Positions 56,601 to 64,000 of a stretch of 64,000 bases of DNA are shown piece by piece. Under the pieces are notes generated by a model. It was not told the DNA's origin. It did no database searches and saw only the letters and a list, made by a program, of their open reading frames with translations. The stretch covers positions 3,362,524 through 3,426,523 of the forward strand of contig MU053873.1 of assembly GCA_013239625.1 (NCBI GenBank). The letters run 5' to 3'. The DNA comes from Lama guanicoe. Taxonomy: Eukaryota. How positions within the stretch are numbered: position 1 is the first letter of the stretch; every line of letters begins with the position of its first letter. Both the position numbers and the translations under genes were made by a program.

Positions 56601-59364
56601 GCCAAATTGGTATTTTCTCTATAGGATAATCAGATTCATTCTGCATAAGTAAATAAATCTGATCACAAGATACCCAGGCAAAAATCAACTTCTCTGTAAA
56701 TGATGGAAAGATCCAAAAAAAAAGGCTAAATTAATTTTCATTTATGAAAATCATCACATTAACTAATGACATCCTTTTGCATTTCTTGTAACTCACAGAG
56801 AGAAAAAGTACATTATCCATTAAAAAATCTGACGAGGTCCTTGCAAGCTGCCACCTCTATAGAAAACCCACAGGATGATGGGAAAGGCTTTGGGGAGGAG
56901 AAATCATTATATCTAAAGAGCAGCAAATACATGGGCCCTTTAGCTGTGGATTGAGTTTTCCAAGTCTTGTAATTTAAATCTGTATGACTGTGTTATGTTC
57001 AAGATATGAGAAACCAAAGAAAAATCCAATTCCTCAGTCATAACTCCAAGGCTGTTCAAATATTCACTCTTGATTCTTGAAAAATCAATCTGTTTCACCT
57101 GGGCGATATCACTGCGGGGATCGACACTTGTACCCCGACAGTCAACCTTGTAAAGTCCCTGCTCATTACAGGTGCCTGGGATGTCACACAGGACAAATCT
57201 TTTTCCTCCAATGTCTTGTCTTGATTGATTTATAGGGAAAGGGAAAAAAATCAAAAAACAAAACCATTACTAGAAAGCTCTAGTGTCCTTTTTCAGGAAA
57301 GCCTTTAGAGAGGATGTCGGTGTAAGGGCACATTTCAATGAGAAGACAAGCAATATTAAACTTCAATCGTTCCAGATAAACCCCCAGGGAAGAAATACAG
57401 TCTTATACATCCATCCCTCCAGCACATGCACACAGGCAGGGAATGTCCCCAAGCCCAACTGTCAAGCAAATCAGAAACATTTATTTGGGAATCATTTCAT
57501 CTTACCTGAAAAAGAGTTGATGCCACTTGTTTCTTGGACAGATGGCTTTGCACATGTTCTACAGCTTGCTTTGAGAATGGCTTTTAAAAATCAAAAAACA
57601 ACATTCTTTTCCACAAATATAAACCATAGCAAACCTCTGTATGTTTTACAATATCACGACATGCATTTTAACACAACCATCACTCAGCAGTAACCTACGG
57701 CGATGACATTAACATGTACTCTTTGAAAAAAAAATCTACCGGATGTCTGTGGGCGATCCAAACAGATGACTGGTCCAGCCAGAGCTCTCAGACACCCTGT
57801 TGAGAAGGAAGATGAGCCCTGGGGCATCTAACTGACCTTTCTAATCCCACAAGAGCTCCAGATTACTTCGATTAAAAAAAAAAGTTTAAAGAATCTTATT
57901 ATCACCTTATTCAATGCATACATCCCTCATTTAGCTGATAATGGGGTCCTAAATTTTTTTTTAATTTCTATTGTATAAGACAAAATGACTGTATGAACAT
58001 AGACCTAAGAATTCAAGGCCAGGAATGCCCAACTAAATCACAGTGGTAAAAGACTGTAGGTTGAGGAAAAGTCTTGCCATAATCACAGCAGAGGGGAATT
58101 GGTTCTAAAAGAATGAAACTGAATTCTGACAAAAATGACAAACTCTATCCTCCGCCCAAACTTCAAATTATGTCTGCAATAATGCAAAAGAAGAGCTTAA
58201 GAAGCACATTGTTACTGCCTCAAACCGTCTAAATGGTTGACCTACATGAAAACTACATTTAGGGAGGCTTTCCCAGTGAACACCAGGCATTTTCCAAGGT
58301 TTAACCATTCCCCAGCAGGGTGGCAGGGCACCGAACATCACTGATCGGCTCTAGCTCAGAAATTCAGTGAGAACTGTAGACAACACCGTAAACACAGAAG
58401 CACTGACATGCATCGTTATCAGGGCTGCCCCGTCCAACTTCCTGTGATGATGGAAATGGGAATCTGTGCTGAGCGAGCCAGGAACCACTAGCCACACGTG
58501 GGTATCGAGCGCCTGAAACGTGGCTCTGAGGATGCCCGCAACTGAATCTGTAATTCCATTTGATCTTAATTCACTTAAACACATTTAAATAGCCACTCGT
58601 GGCTAGTGGCTAGTGTATTGGTCACAGCAGCCCATGGCTCTGAGGACACTCCTTTGGAAAACAGTCTTCACACAGAGAAATTACATGGTAGATTTCCATT
58701 ATTAATTATTCCACTCACTCCTGGTGGAATAATTTCCTAGTAACTTGCTCTATCCTGGGGACTGAATTAGATTGTTTCTCTGACTTACAGGGGGAAAAAA
58801 TTATTTCAACCATCATGTAATGATGAATGAGCTAAATTAACTCAATAATTACAACCCTTATTAATTCAAAGAAAGCACTTAAATTAAGATTTTTATTGAT
58901 CAATATTTGATTAGCCTAATTGTTAAAGGATAGCTATATTAAAAACAATAAAGCTTCATTGCCTTTAGAAAGCCTAGAACTGAGATGAGCTTTCTCTTCC
59001 GTTGATCTGAATTAGCCATTTTATCAACGTTCCCAGTGAAAGTATCCACTCTGGGGAAGATACTAAGAGTATATGGAGCCTCAGAGAATTGGACGGGTAT
59101 TAGCAGGGGGAAACAAATGACAAAGCCCAAGAAATGGGTTCCAACCTGGATGAGCATCGTTTAATTTTTAAACCTCTTCCTCCTATCTTACTCTCATTCT
59201 GGGAACATTTGAGGGCCGTCTCACAGCCATACTGAAGTAACAGAACAAAAGGAGATACTCACATGTGAACAAGACAGCAGCTCCTTCATGATATAGGTGT
59301 CGTAAATTTGTCGACTTCTACAAAGGCGATCTTCCTCACTCTCAAGCTTTTCATATTCTTTTAT
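7178..59364 (-). CDS. GRK3: G protein-coupled receptor kinase 3 (beta-adrenergic receptor kinase 2), 5'-partial spliced CDS, exons 4-21 (residues ~89-688)
   Basis: 18 exons join in frame to 1803 nt with RH domain, kinase motifs (GRGGFG, AMK, YRDLKPAN, SDLG, APE), PH domain and C-terminus ...LCHRNSNGL*. The C-terminus is GRK3-type rather than GRK2-type (...RGSANGL). Exon numbering assumes the human 21-exon structure. Confidence 0.97.
7863..7979 (+). mobile_element. 5'-truncated L1 3' end with A-tail
   Basis: Same tgtaactgaatcac.atgctgtacaccagaa motif as L1 ends at 16.9 kb and 25.6 kb; TSD aaacacatttttgt (7849-7862) / aaacatatttttgt (7980-7993). Confidence 0.85.
8070..8135 (+). repeat. Perfect 66-nt inverted copy of exon 21 sequence 7270-7335
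   Basis: acccagagttcgtgcagtggaagaaggagctgacggagacgttcacggaggcccagcggctgttac is the exact reverse complement of 7270-7335; ACCCCAAC direct repeats at 8060-8067 and 8137-8144. Confidence 0.97.
8577..8690 (-). CDS. GRK3: GRK3 exon 20 (114 nt): [38 protein letters not shown]
   Basis: Acceptor GGTCAG|CAA, donor GAG|GTGAGT. Confidence 0.96.
10568..10628. repeat. (TG)n/(CG)n microsatellite
   Basis: Directly visible alternating purine-pyrimidine run. Confidence 0.95.
10660..10800 (-). mobile_element. MIR SINE remnant
   Basis: Core ccattttacagacgaggaaactgaggctcag; boundaries approximate. Confidence 0.75.
11095..11231 (-). CDS. GRK3: GRK3 exon 19 (137 nt): (D)[45 protein letters not shown], start of PH domain
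   Basis: Acceptor CCTCAG|ATT, donor CGA|GTAAGT; peptide visible inside ORF 10945..11373. Confidence 0.96.
11375..11488 (-). mobile_element. Vic-1-like tRNA-derived SINE (short form)
   Basis: ggaggtaccgggaattgaacccaggacctcgtgcatgctaagcac, B-box on minus strand, T-rich tail. Confidence 0.85.
13195..13352 (-). mobile_element. MER45-like hAT DNA transposon remnant
   Basis: Reverse-complement similarity to the 51619-51775 element and to the remembered MER45A consensus; ends aagccagccctg. Confidence 0.6.
13665..13827 (-). CDS. GRK3: GRK3 exon 18 (163 nt): [54 protein letters not shown](D)
   Basis: Acceptor GATCAG|CTT, donor AAG|GTAAAA; peptide partly visible in ORF 13603..13785. Confidence 0.95.
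14093..14223 (-). mobile_element. Vic-1-like SINE (long form)
   Basis: A/B boxes, ggaggtaattaggttt tail; TSD tcttcttgacatttt (14078-14092) / tcttcgtgacatttt (14224-14238). Confidence 0.9.
14639..14763 (-). mobile_element. Vic-1-like SINE (long form)
   Basis: Homologous to the 14093-14223 copy. Confidence 0.88.
15251..15287. repeat. (TG)n microsatellite
   Basis: Directly visible. Confidence 0.95.
16808..16975 (+). mobile_element. L1 3' end fragment
   Basis: aacaaggccctactgcacagcacagggagctatattcag...tgctgtacaccagaaactaacacaac...aattaaaaa; homologous to the end of the 25.2-25.7 kb L1. Confidence 0.85.
17217..17312 (-). CDS. GRK3: GRK3 exon 17 (96 nt): [32 protein letters not shown] (AGC C-tail)
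   Basis: Acceptor TTCCAG|TAC, donor AAG|GTACAC. Confidence 0.95.
18040..18106 (-). CDS. GRK3: GRK3 exon 16 (67 nt): (G)[22 protein letters not shown]
   Basis: Acceptor CCGCAG|CGC, donor AAG|GTACTC. Confidence 0.94.
18740..18960 (+). mobile_element. L2 LINE remnant (RT region)
   Basis: gcagacgactcccaaatc encodes ADDSQI (YADD region of L2 RT); boundaries approximate. Confidence 0.6.
19132..19181. repeat. Imperfect (TG)n microsatellite
   Basis: Directly visible. Confidence 0.95.
19759..19859 (-). CDS. GRK3: GRK3 exon 15 (101 nt): [33 protein letters not shown](G)
   Basis: Acceptor CCTTAG|AAT, donor CGG|GTAGGC. Confidence 0.95.
20322..20388 (-). CDS. GRK3: GRK3 exon 14 (67 nt): (G)[22 protein letters not shown]
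   Basis: Acceptor CTACAG|TCA, donor ATG|GTAAGG. Confidence 0.95.
20990..21110 (+). mobile_element. MIR SINE remnant
   Basis: ctgtgagccagtcatgtaaaccttccgtatcagtttcttcatcggtaag resembles the MIR core; boundaries approximate. Confidence 0.6.
21455..21660. repeat. AT-rich low-complexity (TA-type) tract
   Basis: Almost purely A/T degenerate TATA repeats. Confidence 0.85.
25160..25669 (+). mobile_element. 5'-truncated L1 (ORF2 C-terminus + 3' UTR)
   Basis: Encodes [41 protein letters not shown] (L1 ORF2 end); TSD aaatcacttaagtcaaa (25143-25159) / aaatcacttatgtcaaa (25670-25686). Confidence 0.93.
27860..27967 (-). CDS. GRK3: GRK3 exon 13 (108 nt): (V)[35 protein letters not shown](G)
   Basis: Acceptor TCCCAG|TGG, donor AGG|GTGAGT; APE motif. 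Confidence 0.96.
29930..30150 (+). mobile_element. MIR SINE remnant
   Basis: gctttggagttggacagaattgggttttaattct...gtgacct...tctctgaaccggtttcc; boundaries approximate. Confidence 0.6.
32083..32177 (-). CDS. GRK3: GRK3 exon 12 (95 nt): [31 protein letters not shown](V)
   Basis: Acceptor TTTCAG|CCT, donor TGT|GTGAGT; DLG motif typical of GRKs. Confidence 0.96.
33435..33528 (+). mobile_element. Vic-1-like SINE (short form)
   Basis: gggtatagttccgtggtagag...A-tail; perfect 15-nt TSD aaggaatctgagagg (33420-33434 / 33529-33543). Confidence 0.9.
34477..34607 (-). CDS. GRK3: GRK3 exon 11 (131 nt): (G)[43 protein letters not shown]
   Basis: Acceptor TTCCAG|GGG, donor AAG|GTAAGG; peptide visible inside ORF 34348..34659. 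Confidence 0.96.
36300..36378 (-). CDS. GRK3: GRK3 exon 10 (79 nt): [26 protein letters not shown](G)
   Basis: Acceptor CTCTAG|GAT, donor ACG|GTAAGC. Confidence 0.95.
36895..38280 (+). mobile_element. Old degraded L1M remnant (ORF2 3' part / 3' UTR)
   Basis: L1 hallmarks ctgattctaaaatttata, aaatagaccagtggaacagaacagag, ttgacccctacctcacacc, cacattcatatgatggaatact; boundaries approximate. Confidence 0.8.
37815..38017 (+). mobile_element. MER58-like hAT-Charlie element nested in the L1
   Basis: Starts gggggtaaacaaattatttctgcaaagggctagacagtaaatattttaggct, ends ggtgacccct (TIR-like). Confidence 0.7.
42497..42732 (-). mobile_element. Unidentified ~80-nt polyadenylated L1-mediated insertion (host of the SINE above)
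   Basis: Outer TSD aaaaaaaatgcctgtgtttt (42477-42496) / aaaaaaaatgcctgtatttt (42734-42753), poly-T at 42497-42514, TTTT/AA site at the right TSD. Confidence 0.7.
42532..42656 (-). mobile_element. Vic-1-like SINE nested in a short retro-insertion
   Basis: A/B boxes on the minus strand; TSD ccatgaactctcttt / ccacaaactctcttt. Confidence 0.88.
42855..42954 (-). CDS. GRK3: GRK3 exon 9 (100 nt): (M)[33 protein letters not shown]
   Basis: Acceptor TTCTAG|GTA, donor GGA|GTAAGT; catalytic AMK lysine. Confidence 0.96.
43105..43290 (+). mobile_element. Old L1M 3' end
   Basis: tgtgacaagtgtaccac...gggaacccctgtactaattttgcactttttctgtaaacctaaagttatcctaaaataaaa. Confidence 0.75.
45987..46078 (-). CDS. GRK3: GRK3 exon 8 (92 nt): [30 protein letters not shown](M), Gly-rich loop
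   Basis: Acceptor TCACAG|TTG, donor AAT|GTAAGC; GxGxxG motif. Confidence 0.96.
47153..47278 (+). mobile_element. Vic-1-like SINE (long form)
   Basis: ggagggtacggctcagtggtagagcacgtgcttagc...aaacctaattacc...A-tail. Confidence 0.9.
47883..47934 (-). CDS. GRK3: GRK3 exon 7 (52 nt): (S)[17 protein letters not shown]
   Basis: Acceptor TTTCAG|TGA, donor CAT|GTGAGT. Confidence 0.95.
48185..48457. mobile_element. MER33-like hAT-Charlie remnant
   Basis: cagcactgcccaacaga ... tagctacatggggctagtggctcccatattggcccgtgcag termini. Confidence 0.65.
49862..49935 (-). mobile_element. Very short L1 3' end
   Basis: ttgaagtctagtcagtttacaaggttgtgtcaatttctggtgtgcagca is the reverse complement of the L1 terminus seen at 25600-25650. 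Confidence 0.8.
50997..51127 (-). mobile_element. Vic-1-like SINE (long form)
   Basis: ggaggtactggggattgaacccaggacctcatgcatgctaagcac; flanked by ctttaa(a)tttttt repeats. Confidence 0.9.
51165..51230. repeat. (CA)n microsatellite beside the exon 6 donor
   Basis: Directly visible. Confidence 0.95.
51245..51306 (-). CDS. GRK3: GRK3 exon 6 (62 nt): [20 protein letters not shown](S)
   Basis: Acceptor TTCCAG|CCA, donor AAG|GTATGA; peptide visible inside ORF 51205..51462. Confidence 0.95.
51619..51775 (+). mobile_element. MER45A-like hAT DNA transposon
   Basis: cagagtcagcttcacgggcatgtgacc...tgaaattctcaatagtttctgaataagggcccccacgttttcat...gggccc matches the remembered consensus. Confidence 0.7.
53318..53612 (+). 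mobile_element. Vic-1-like SINE whose tail has expanded into (GA)n/(GAAA)n; contains assembly gap 53528-53550
   Basis: ggggagggtatagctcaag...cctgggttcaatccccagtacctcc; TSD gaaatttcaattcag (53301-53315) / gaaatttcaactcag (53613-53627). Confidence 0.9.
53628..55405 (+). mobile_element. L1M fragment (ORF2 3' third + 3' UTR), frameshifted; interrupted by a younger minus-strand L1 3' end at ~54720-54905
   Basis: Encodes [29 protein letters not shown] (L1 ORF2); typical 3' UTR gtaagagagttgatcctaagtgttctcacca-like block near 55250. Confidence 0.92.
57506..57580 (-). CDS. GRK3: GRK3 exon 5 (75 nt): [25 protein letters not shown]
   Basis: Acceptor TTTAAAAG|CCA, donor CAG|GTAAGA. Confidence 0.95.
58400..58631. 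mobile_element. MER3-like hAT-Charlie remnant
   Basis: acttcctgtgatgatggaaatg...ccactagccacacgtgg...tagccactcgtggctagtggctagtgtattggtcacagcag. Confidence 0.7.
59263..59364 (-). CDS. GRK3: GRK3 exon 4 (102 nt): [34 protein letters not shown]
   Basis: Acceptor CTCTAG|ATA, donor CAT|GTGAGT; RH domain peptide. Confidence 0.95.
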
Positions 59365-61739
59365 CTAGAGGTTTAAAAGTTACCATTGTCAGGTGTCTCT
59401 TCCTAGAAACTGACTGTATTAAAGGCTATTACTAGGCTTGGCAGAAACGACTTCCACATGAGATCAAGCAAATTACTGAATCGGCGATTCCACAGGAAAC
59501 GACTGCTTCTAATGTTGCAATAATGAAGCTGGAATAATTTAAATTCAACTTGGAACATAGAAATGGATTTTTTCCCAAGATGACTCTCACCACTTATATC
59601 TAGAAACACAGTATTAGAAAACAAACACTGCCATGGTTACAATTATCTTATGATACACCAGGCATGGACCATTCATCCTTGCCAATTCTTCTTTCCAAAG
59701 CACAACTAATTTAAATTTGGCTGTAATCCATGTCTAAGAGTTATGATGGGGACCATTCTCACTCAACCACTGTGTTACAAAACTAACAGCAGGAAAAAAG
59801 TAATAATAAATTGCCAGGATTCCAGCAAAGAGATTTTTAAAAATCCACTAAATAGTTTGGAAAGGCGTTAACCACAGATAAAAGTATTGGGTTTTCATGT
59901 TTGAACCTTATCTTCACTCTTACAAGTATTTAACAGAAAGGTTCCTTCAAATTATACGTTTCGCTAATAACTTAGGGGAGGTAACCTGACTGGTGTTAAG
60001 ACAAGCCAAATAAATAGTAAGAGGGACTTTAGAAATATTTGCTTTATGAGGAAAAGGCCCCTATTAACTCTAACCTCAAAACAGAAGTTCTTGCGTCAGA
60101 GGAGTGTTTTTATTTATTTACAGAAACACTCTTAATCTAAAAGACCAGAAAAGAATGAAAACACAAATGAAATACAGAGCTAGTAAGAAGACTGTAGCAA
60201 AAACCTTCAAGACAATGACTATCAACTACCTATGGCTTATTTGGGGCGGGGGAGGGGGGAGCTTCCTACAAGTAGCCAGTTGTGATGCCAACTTTCATAA
60301 TATCCGAGGGCTATTTATTCTGGTATGATAAAAAGCGGGGCTACTACTGCAATGGGAGGGAGTATAAAATGAACAGAAATAAAAGTGACCTTTTTACTAT
60401 GTAGTGTGAGTTTGACAGTGCTGACATCAAAACCAGTAAATCCTATAAGAGTTTCTGACAATGAAAGGGTACGAGTGGCAGTGAGGAGTATGCACGATGC
60501 TGAGGTCCTACCCAAAGGCCAACAGGTTCACACACTGAGAAATCCCTGGGACCCTATAAATGTCCTTAAACGTCATCAGTGAGATGTCTGAAATTCACAA
60601 GTCTGTAACTGCCCAGGCTTGGAATGGAGCCCTCTTGGAACAGAACGGTCTTCTATGTTCAGTTTATGCTTAAATCTAACATAAAGGCAGGCAAACCGGG
60701 GTAGGTCGACACCTCATCCAAGGGGAAGACACTTTTTTTTTTTTAAATGAAGGAGCAATCCAGCGATGTTGGCATAGCCCAAGGACCTGGGCTTAATCAT
60801 CCTAAATTAATTCAGGAGAACATGTCAAAAGAGTTCAAACACCACGCCAGATCCAAATAGAGCAGATGAAAGGAAACAGAAGCCAGACACCGAAACCTAA
60901 GGAGGAGTCAGCAAATAAATGGAGGAGTCTCACTTGGTTGATTTCTTTTGCTGGTTTGTTTTGGTCCAGTCCAAAGGTCAATGCCAGAACGCTAGGGAAA
61001 AACAGGTGGACTCTTAGTGAACCAAAGGCAAATGCTTCTGACTAAACATACAAACGAACTCTAGGAATAGTAAACCTTCATGGAATTATTATCCCTGAAA
61101 ACAACTGTAATAAAACCTATGTCTGTTCCGGGGGCCTATAAAGCGAGCTGATACCTGATTAAACAAATGCTGATTCTATGGGAGCTTTCTATGAACTGCA
61201 ATAATCTGACTGTACAGGAGATGCTAGTTTTTGGGCAAATGATGCTCTGGACCACAATTCTGGCTTTAGTAAGGGCCTGGTGCCTTACAAACTACAACCT
61301 GAACAACAGAAAAGGTTAATTCTTGTAGGCAAAGGAAGAGCCTTAAGTATCCGTGGCTGTATTTCGAAATTTACTTTCTATTATCAGTAAGACCACAATC
61401 AACTATCAATTAGCTCGAGATGGGATGTCCTGACTATCGCACATGCAGAGAAAATGCCACCTCCAATTCTGGCAGTCAGGTTGTCCGGGGAACCCGGGCA
61501 GGCAGAGGCCTGGGTTCAAGGTGAAAAGTCTTCCCTGCAGCAGAACAGAAGCAGCATCGTCAAGCATGAACATTGACTGAGCACGTGGTGCTCCCTTTCT
61601 GCCTCGGTGGCTACAAAGCTCAGGGCTGAACATGTAGCTTAAAGTGCTGGGACCCGAAGAGGTTCCAGGACCCTTTTGGTCAATAGCTGTCATGGTCTCC
61701 ACTTTCCTGCCTCCCGTTTGTCCCACCACCATTCCAGTG

Positions 61740-62345
61740 GGACAGTCTAGTAGCTTCACTAATGGCCTCTGCCTTGCCCGATCAGGGGTCTCTCTTTTTT
61801 CCTTAGCTTCCCTGACTTCCTAGAAGCATTCAGCTTAGCGGTCCACGCCTGCCTTCTCTGAACCTTCTCTGGCTTCTGTGATCTACACTCTCCTGGGGTT
61901 TGCCACAAGGCTCCTCTTCTTCTGTCTCCCTTGGTAACTTTCCTCTTCTGCCAGACTTCTAAATACTGAAGTGCCTCAGAGCACAGTGCTGGGGCATCCG
62001 TTCTCACCTGCTACATTCTCCTTAGGTAAACCTGCCCAGTTCCACAGTTTCAAACACCAATTAGATTCCAGTGACCAGGTCTGTATCCCCAGGACTCACT
62101 TCTCTCCCAGAGCTCCAGATTCTAAATATTTAACCACCTATTGGGAATTTCCACATCCTCTCTATCCCAGTCAGCCATGCTCTTCCCTTAGTCTCCTTTA
62201 TCACAAAAATGAGTAAAACCATCCTCCCAGCTGCTTAAGCCAAAAAGGGAAGAGTCATCATTGGTCCAGCTCTTTTGCTCATACTCCTGCCCCCACTACC
62301 CACCACATCAAATTCATCAGCCAACATTCAAAATATATCACAAAC
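61740..62345 (+). mobile_element. L2 LINE remnant (RT domain); apparently resumes at ~63610-64000 after an L1 insertion
   Basis: EVPQSTVLGHPFS..SLG...HSF resembles L2 RT GVPQGSVLGPLLF..SLG...HGF; pyrimidine-rich L2-type sequence on both sides of the L1. Confidence 0.75.
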
Positions 62346-62369
62346 CCAGGCTCTGCTTCAGATAAGAGT

Positions 62370-63595
62370 GAACTAACCCCTAAGAGAACACTCCTCCTGA
62401 GAAAACAACTATAAATTCTGGACATGCATAAAACCCAACTACACTGGCCCACGGGAGAGTGAGCAAAAGTACACAGATAATGGGGAAGGAGCATCAGACA
62501 GAAATGTACAAGATACAATCTCATATTATTCTATGTATAAAAAAAAACAGGGAAATGTGGCCCTTTTGCAAGAAAACAGACCGTCAGTGAAGACCAATCC
62601 AAGATGATTCAAATGTTGGAATTATCAGACAAGGATTTTAAAGCAGTCAATATAATAATATGCAAAAATGTATAGAAATTATACATGTAAAAAGTAAAAA
62701 GATAAGAAATAGCAGCAGAAAAATAATAACTATGAAAAGAAACAAATGGAAACTTTATCTGAAGAAAAATTCAATTGCTGTACATAAAAACGACTAGAAA
62801 TGCCAAAAGAAAGAGTCGATGAATTTGAAGACAGCTCCATTGAAATTACCTAATCTGAAGAACAGAAAGAAAAAATATTTGGGGAAAAACCCAAACAAGG
62901 AATCAGTGATATCTAGGATACAATCCAAAGATCAAACATACATATAACAAGAGTTCTAGAAAAAGAAGGGGAAAAGAGACTGAGGTAGAAATCATGTTTC
63001 ACATGTCCCAAATTTTACCAGATTTCGTGAATGATATATACACTTACAGATTTAAGGACACCACAAAAGATAGTGACTAGTGAACCCCACAAAAGATAAA
63101 ACACAGTATCTGAAATTACTCCACTAAAATGCATGGAGTGTCAGAAATGAGCACGTTGGAGTCAGGGGGAAGCAAAAGACTTCTGTATCTGTCTAAAAGA
63201 AATACATTTCACATTAAAAAAAAAACAACACTGGTTGAAAGTAGATGGGCAAAGATGTGTCATGAAAACAGTAAGCATAAGGAGACTGAAATGGCTATAT
63301 TAATAACCAGCAAAGTCATTTTCAAGACAAAAAATAGTACCAGAAATAAAGAGGGACATTTCATACGAAAAGACAACAATCATAAATGTATATGCACCAA
63401 ATAATAGAGCTTCAAAACACATGAAAAAAGTGGACAATAAAAAGTAGACAATTTTGTAGTCAAGAATTAAGAGATTTTAACACCCTTCTCTCATTAATTG
63501 AAAGAACAACTACATATACAATCAGTAAAGACATAGCTAATCTATCACATCAACCGCTTAGATCTAACTGATATTTATAGAATATGCACCTAACA
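62370..63595 (+). mobile_element. Old L1M remnant (ORF1 / ORF2 endonuclease region)
   Basis: RWAKMCHENSKHKETEMAILITSKVIFKTKNSTRNKEGHFI resembles the L1 endonuclease; tatgcaccaaataatagagcttcaaaa (YAPN motif). Confidence 0.8.
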
Positions 63596-64000
63596 CCCCC
63601 ACTCCCGCTTTAAATCTACCATGGGCTTTAGAATAAAATCTAAATTTGTTACTCTGGTCCCTAAAACCCATCCCTCTCTTCAACCTGATCTTACCTCACA
63701 CCACTCTGCCTCTCTCACCCACCACAACCACACCCCACTGGGCTTCTGCCACTTCCTCAAACCGAGGAAGTTCTTTCTCACCACATTAGGGGCTTACCCT
63801 TAGCTGTAACTTCAGCCTAAAACATTTTCCCTCTCACCCTGTGCCCATCTTCAAGAGACAAGCCTTCCTGTCATACAAGTCTCAGTTCAAATGCTACCAA
63901 TCTAATGTGGTCACCAAGTCACAATACATCACATTGACTTCTGAGTCTGTTTTGAGTCACTGCATAGCAGTTCTTGTTTCCTGATATATTTTCTGTTTAC

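Overview
Mammalian genomic DNA, very probably camelid, judged from eight copies of a tRNA-derived SINE matching the camelid Vic-1 family. The window holds the 3' part of GRK3 (ADRBK2, G protein-coupled receptor kinase 3) on the minus strand. Eighteen coding exons (4-21 by human numbering) were traced by hand. All have GT-AG boundaries and consistent phases, and together give 1803 nt = 600 codons + TGA (RH domain, kinase domain, PH domain). A ~6.4 kb 3' UTR probably ends near an AATAAA at 754-759. Exons 1-3 lie beyond the right edge. Introns contain Vic-1 SINEs, L1, L2, MIR and hAT (MER) remnants, microsatellites and one 23-N gap. The most unusual observation is a perfect 66-nt inverted copy of the start of the last coding exon (7270-7335) inserted at 8070-8135 in the last intron. 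It is flanked by an 8-nt direct repeat and could fold the pre-mRNA into a 66-bp duplex that loops out the final 3' splice site. Other oddities are an unidentified polyadenylated retro-insertion with a nested SINE beside exon 9, inverted SINE pairs around exons 6-9, a duplicated splice acceptor before exon 14, and an ~80-nt intronic hairpin. Apart from parts overlapping real exons or LINE remnants, the supplied ORFs look spurious. Repeat family names and comparisons with human GRK3 are from memory, not from searches.
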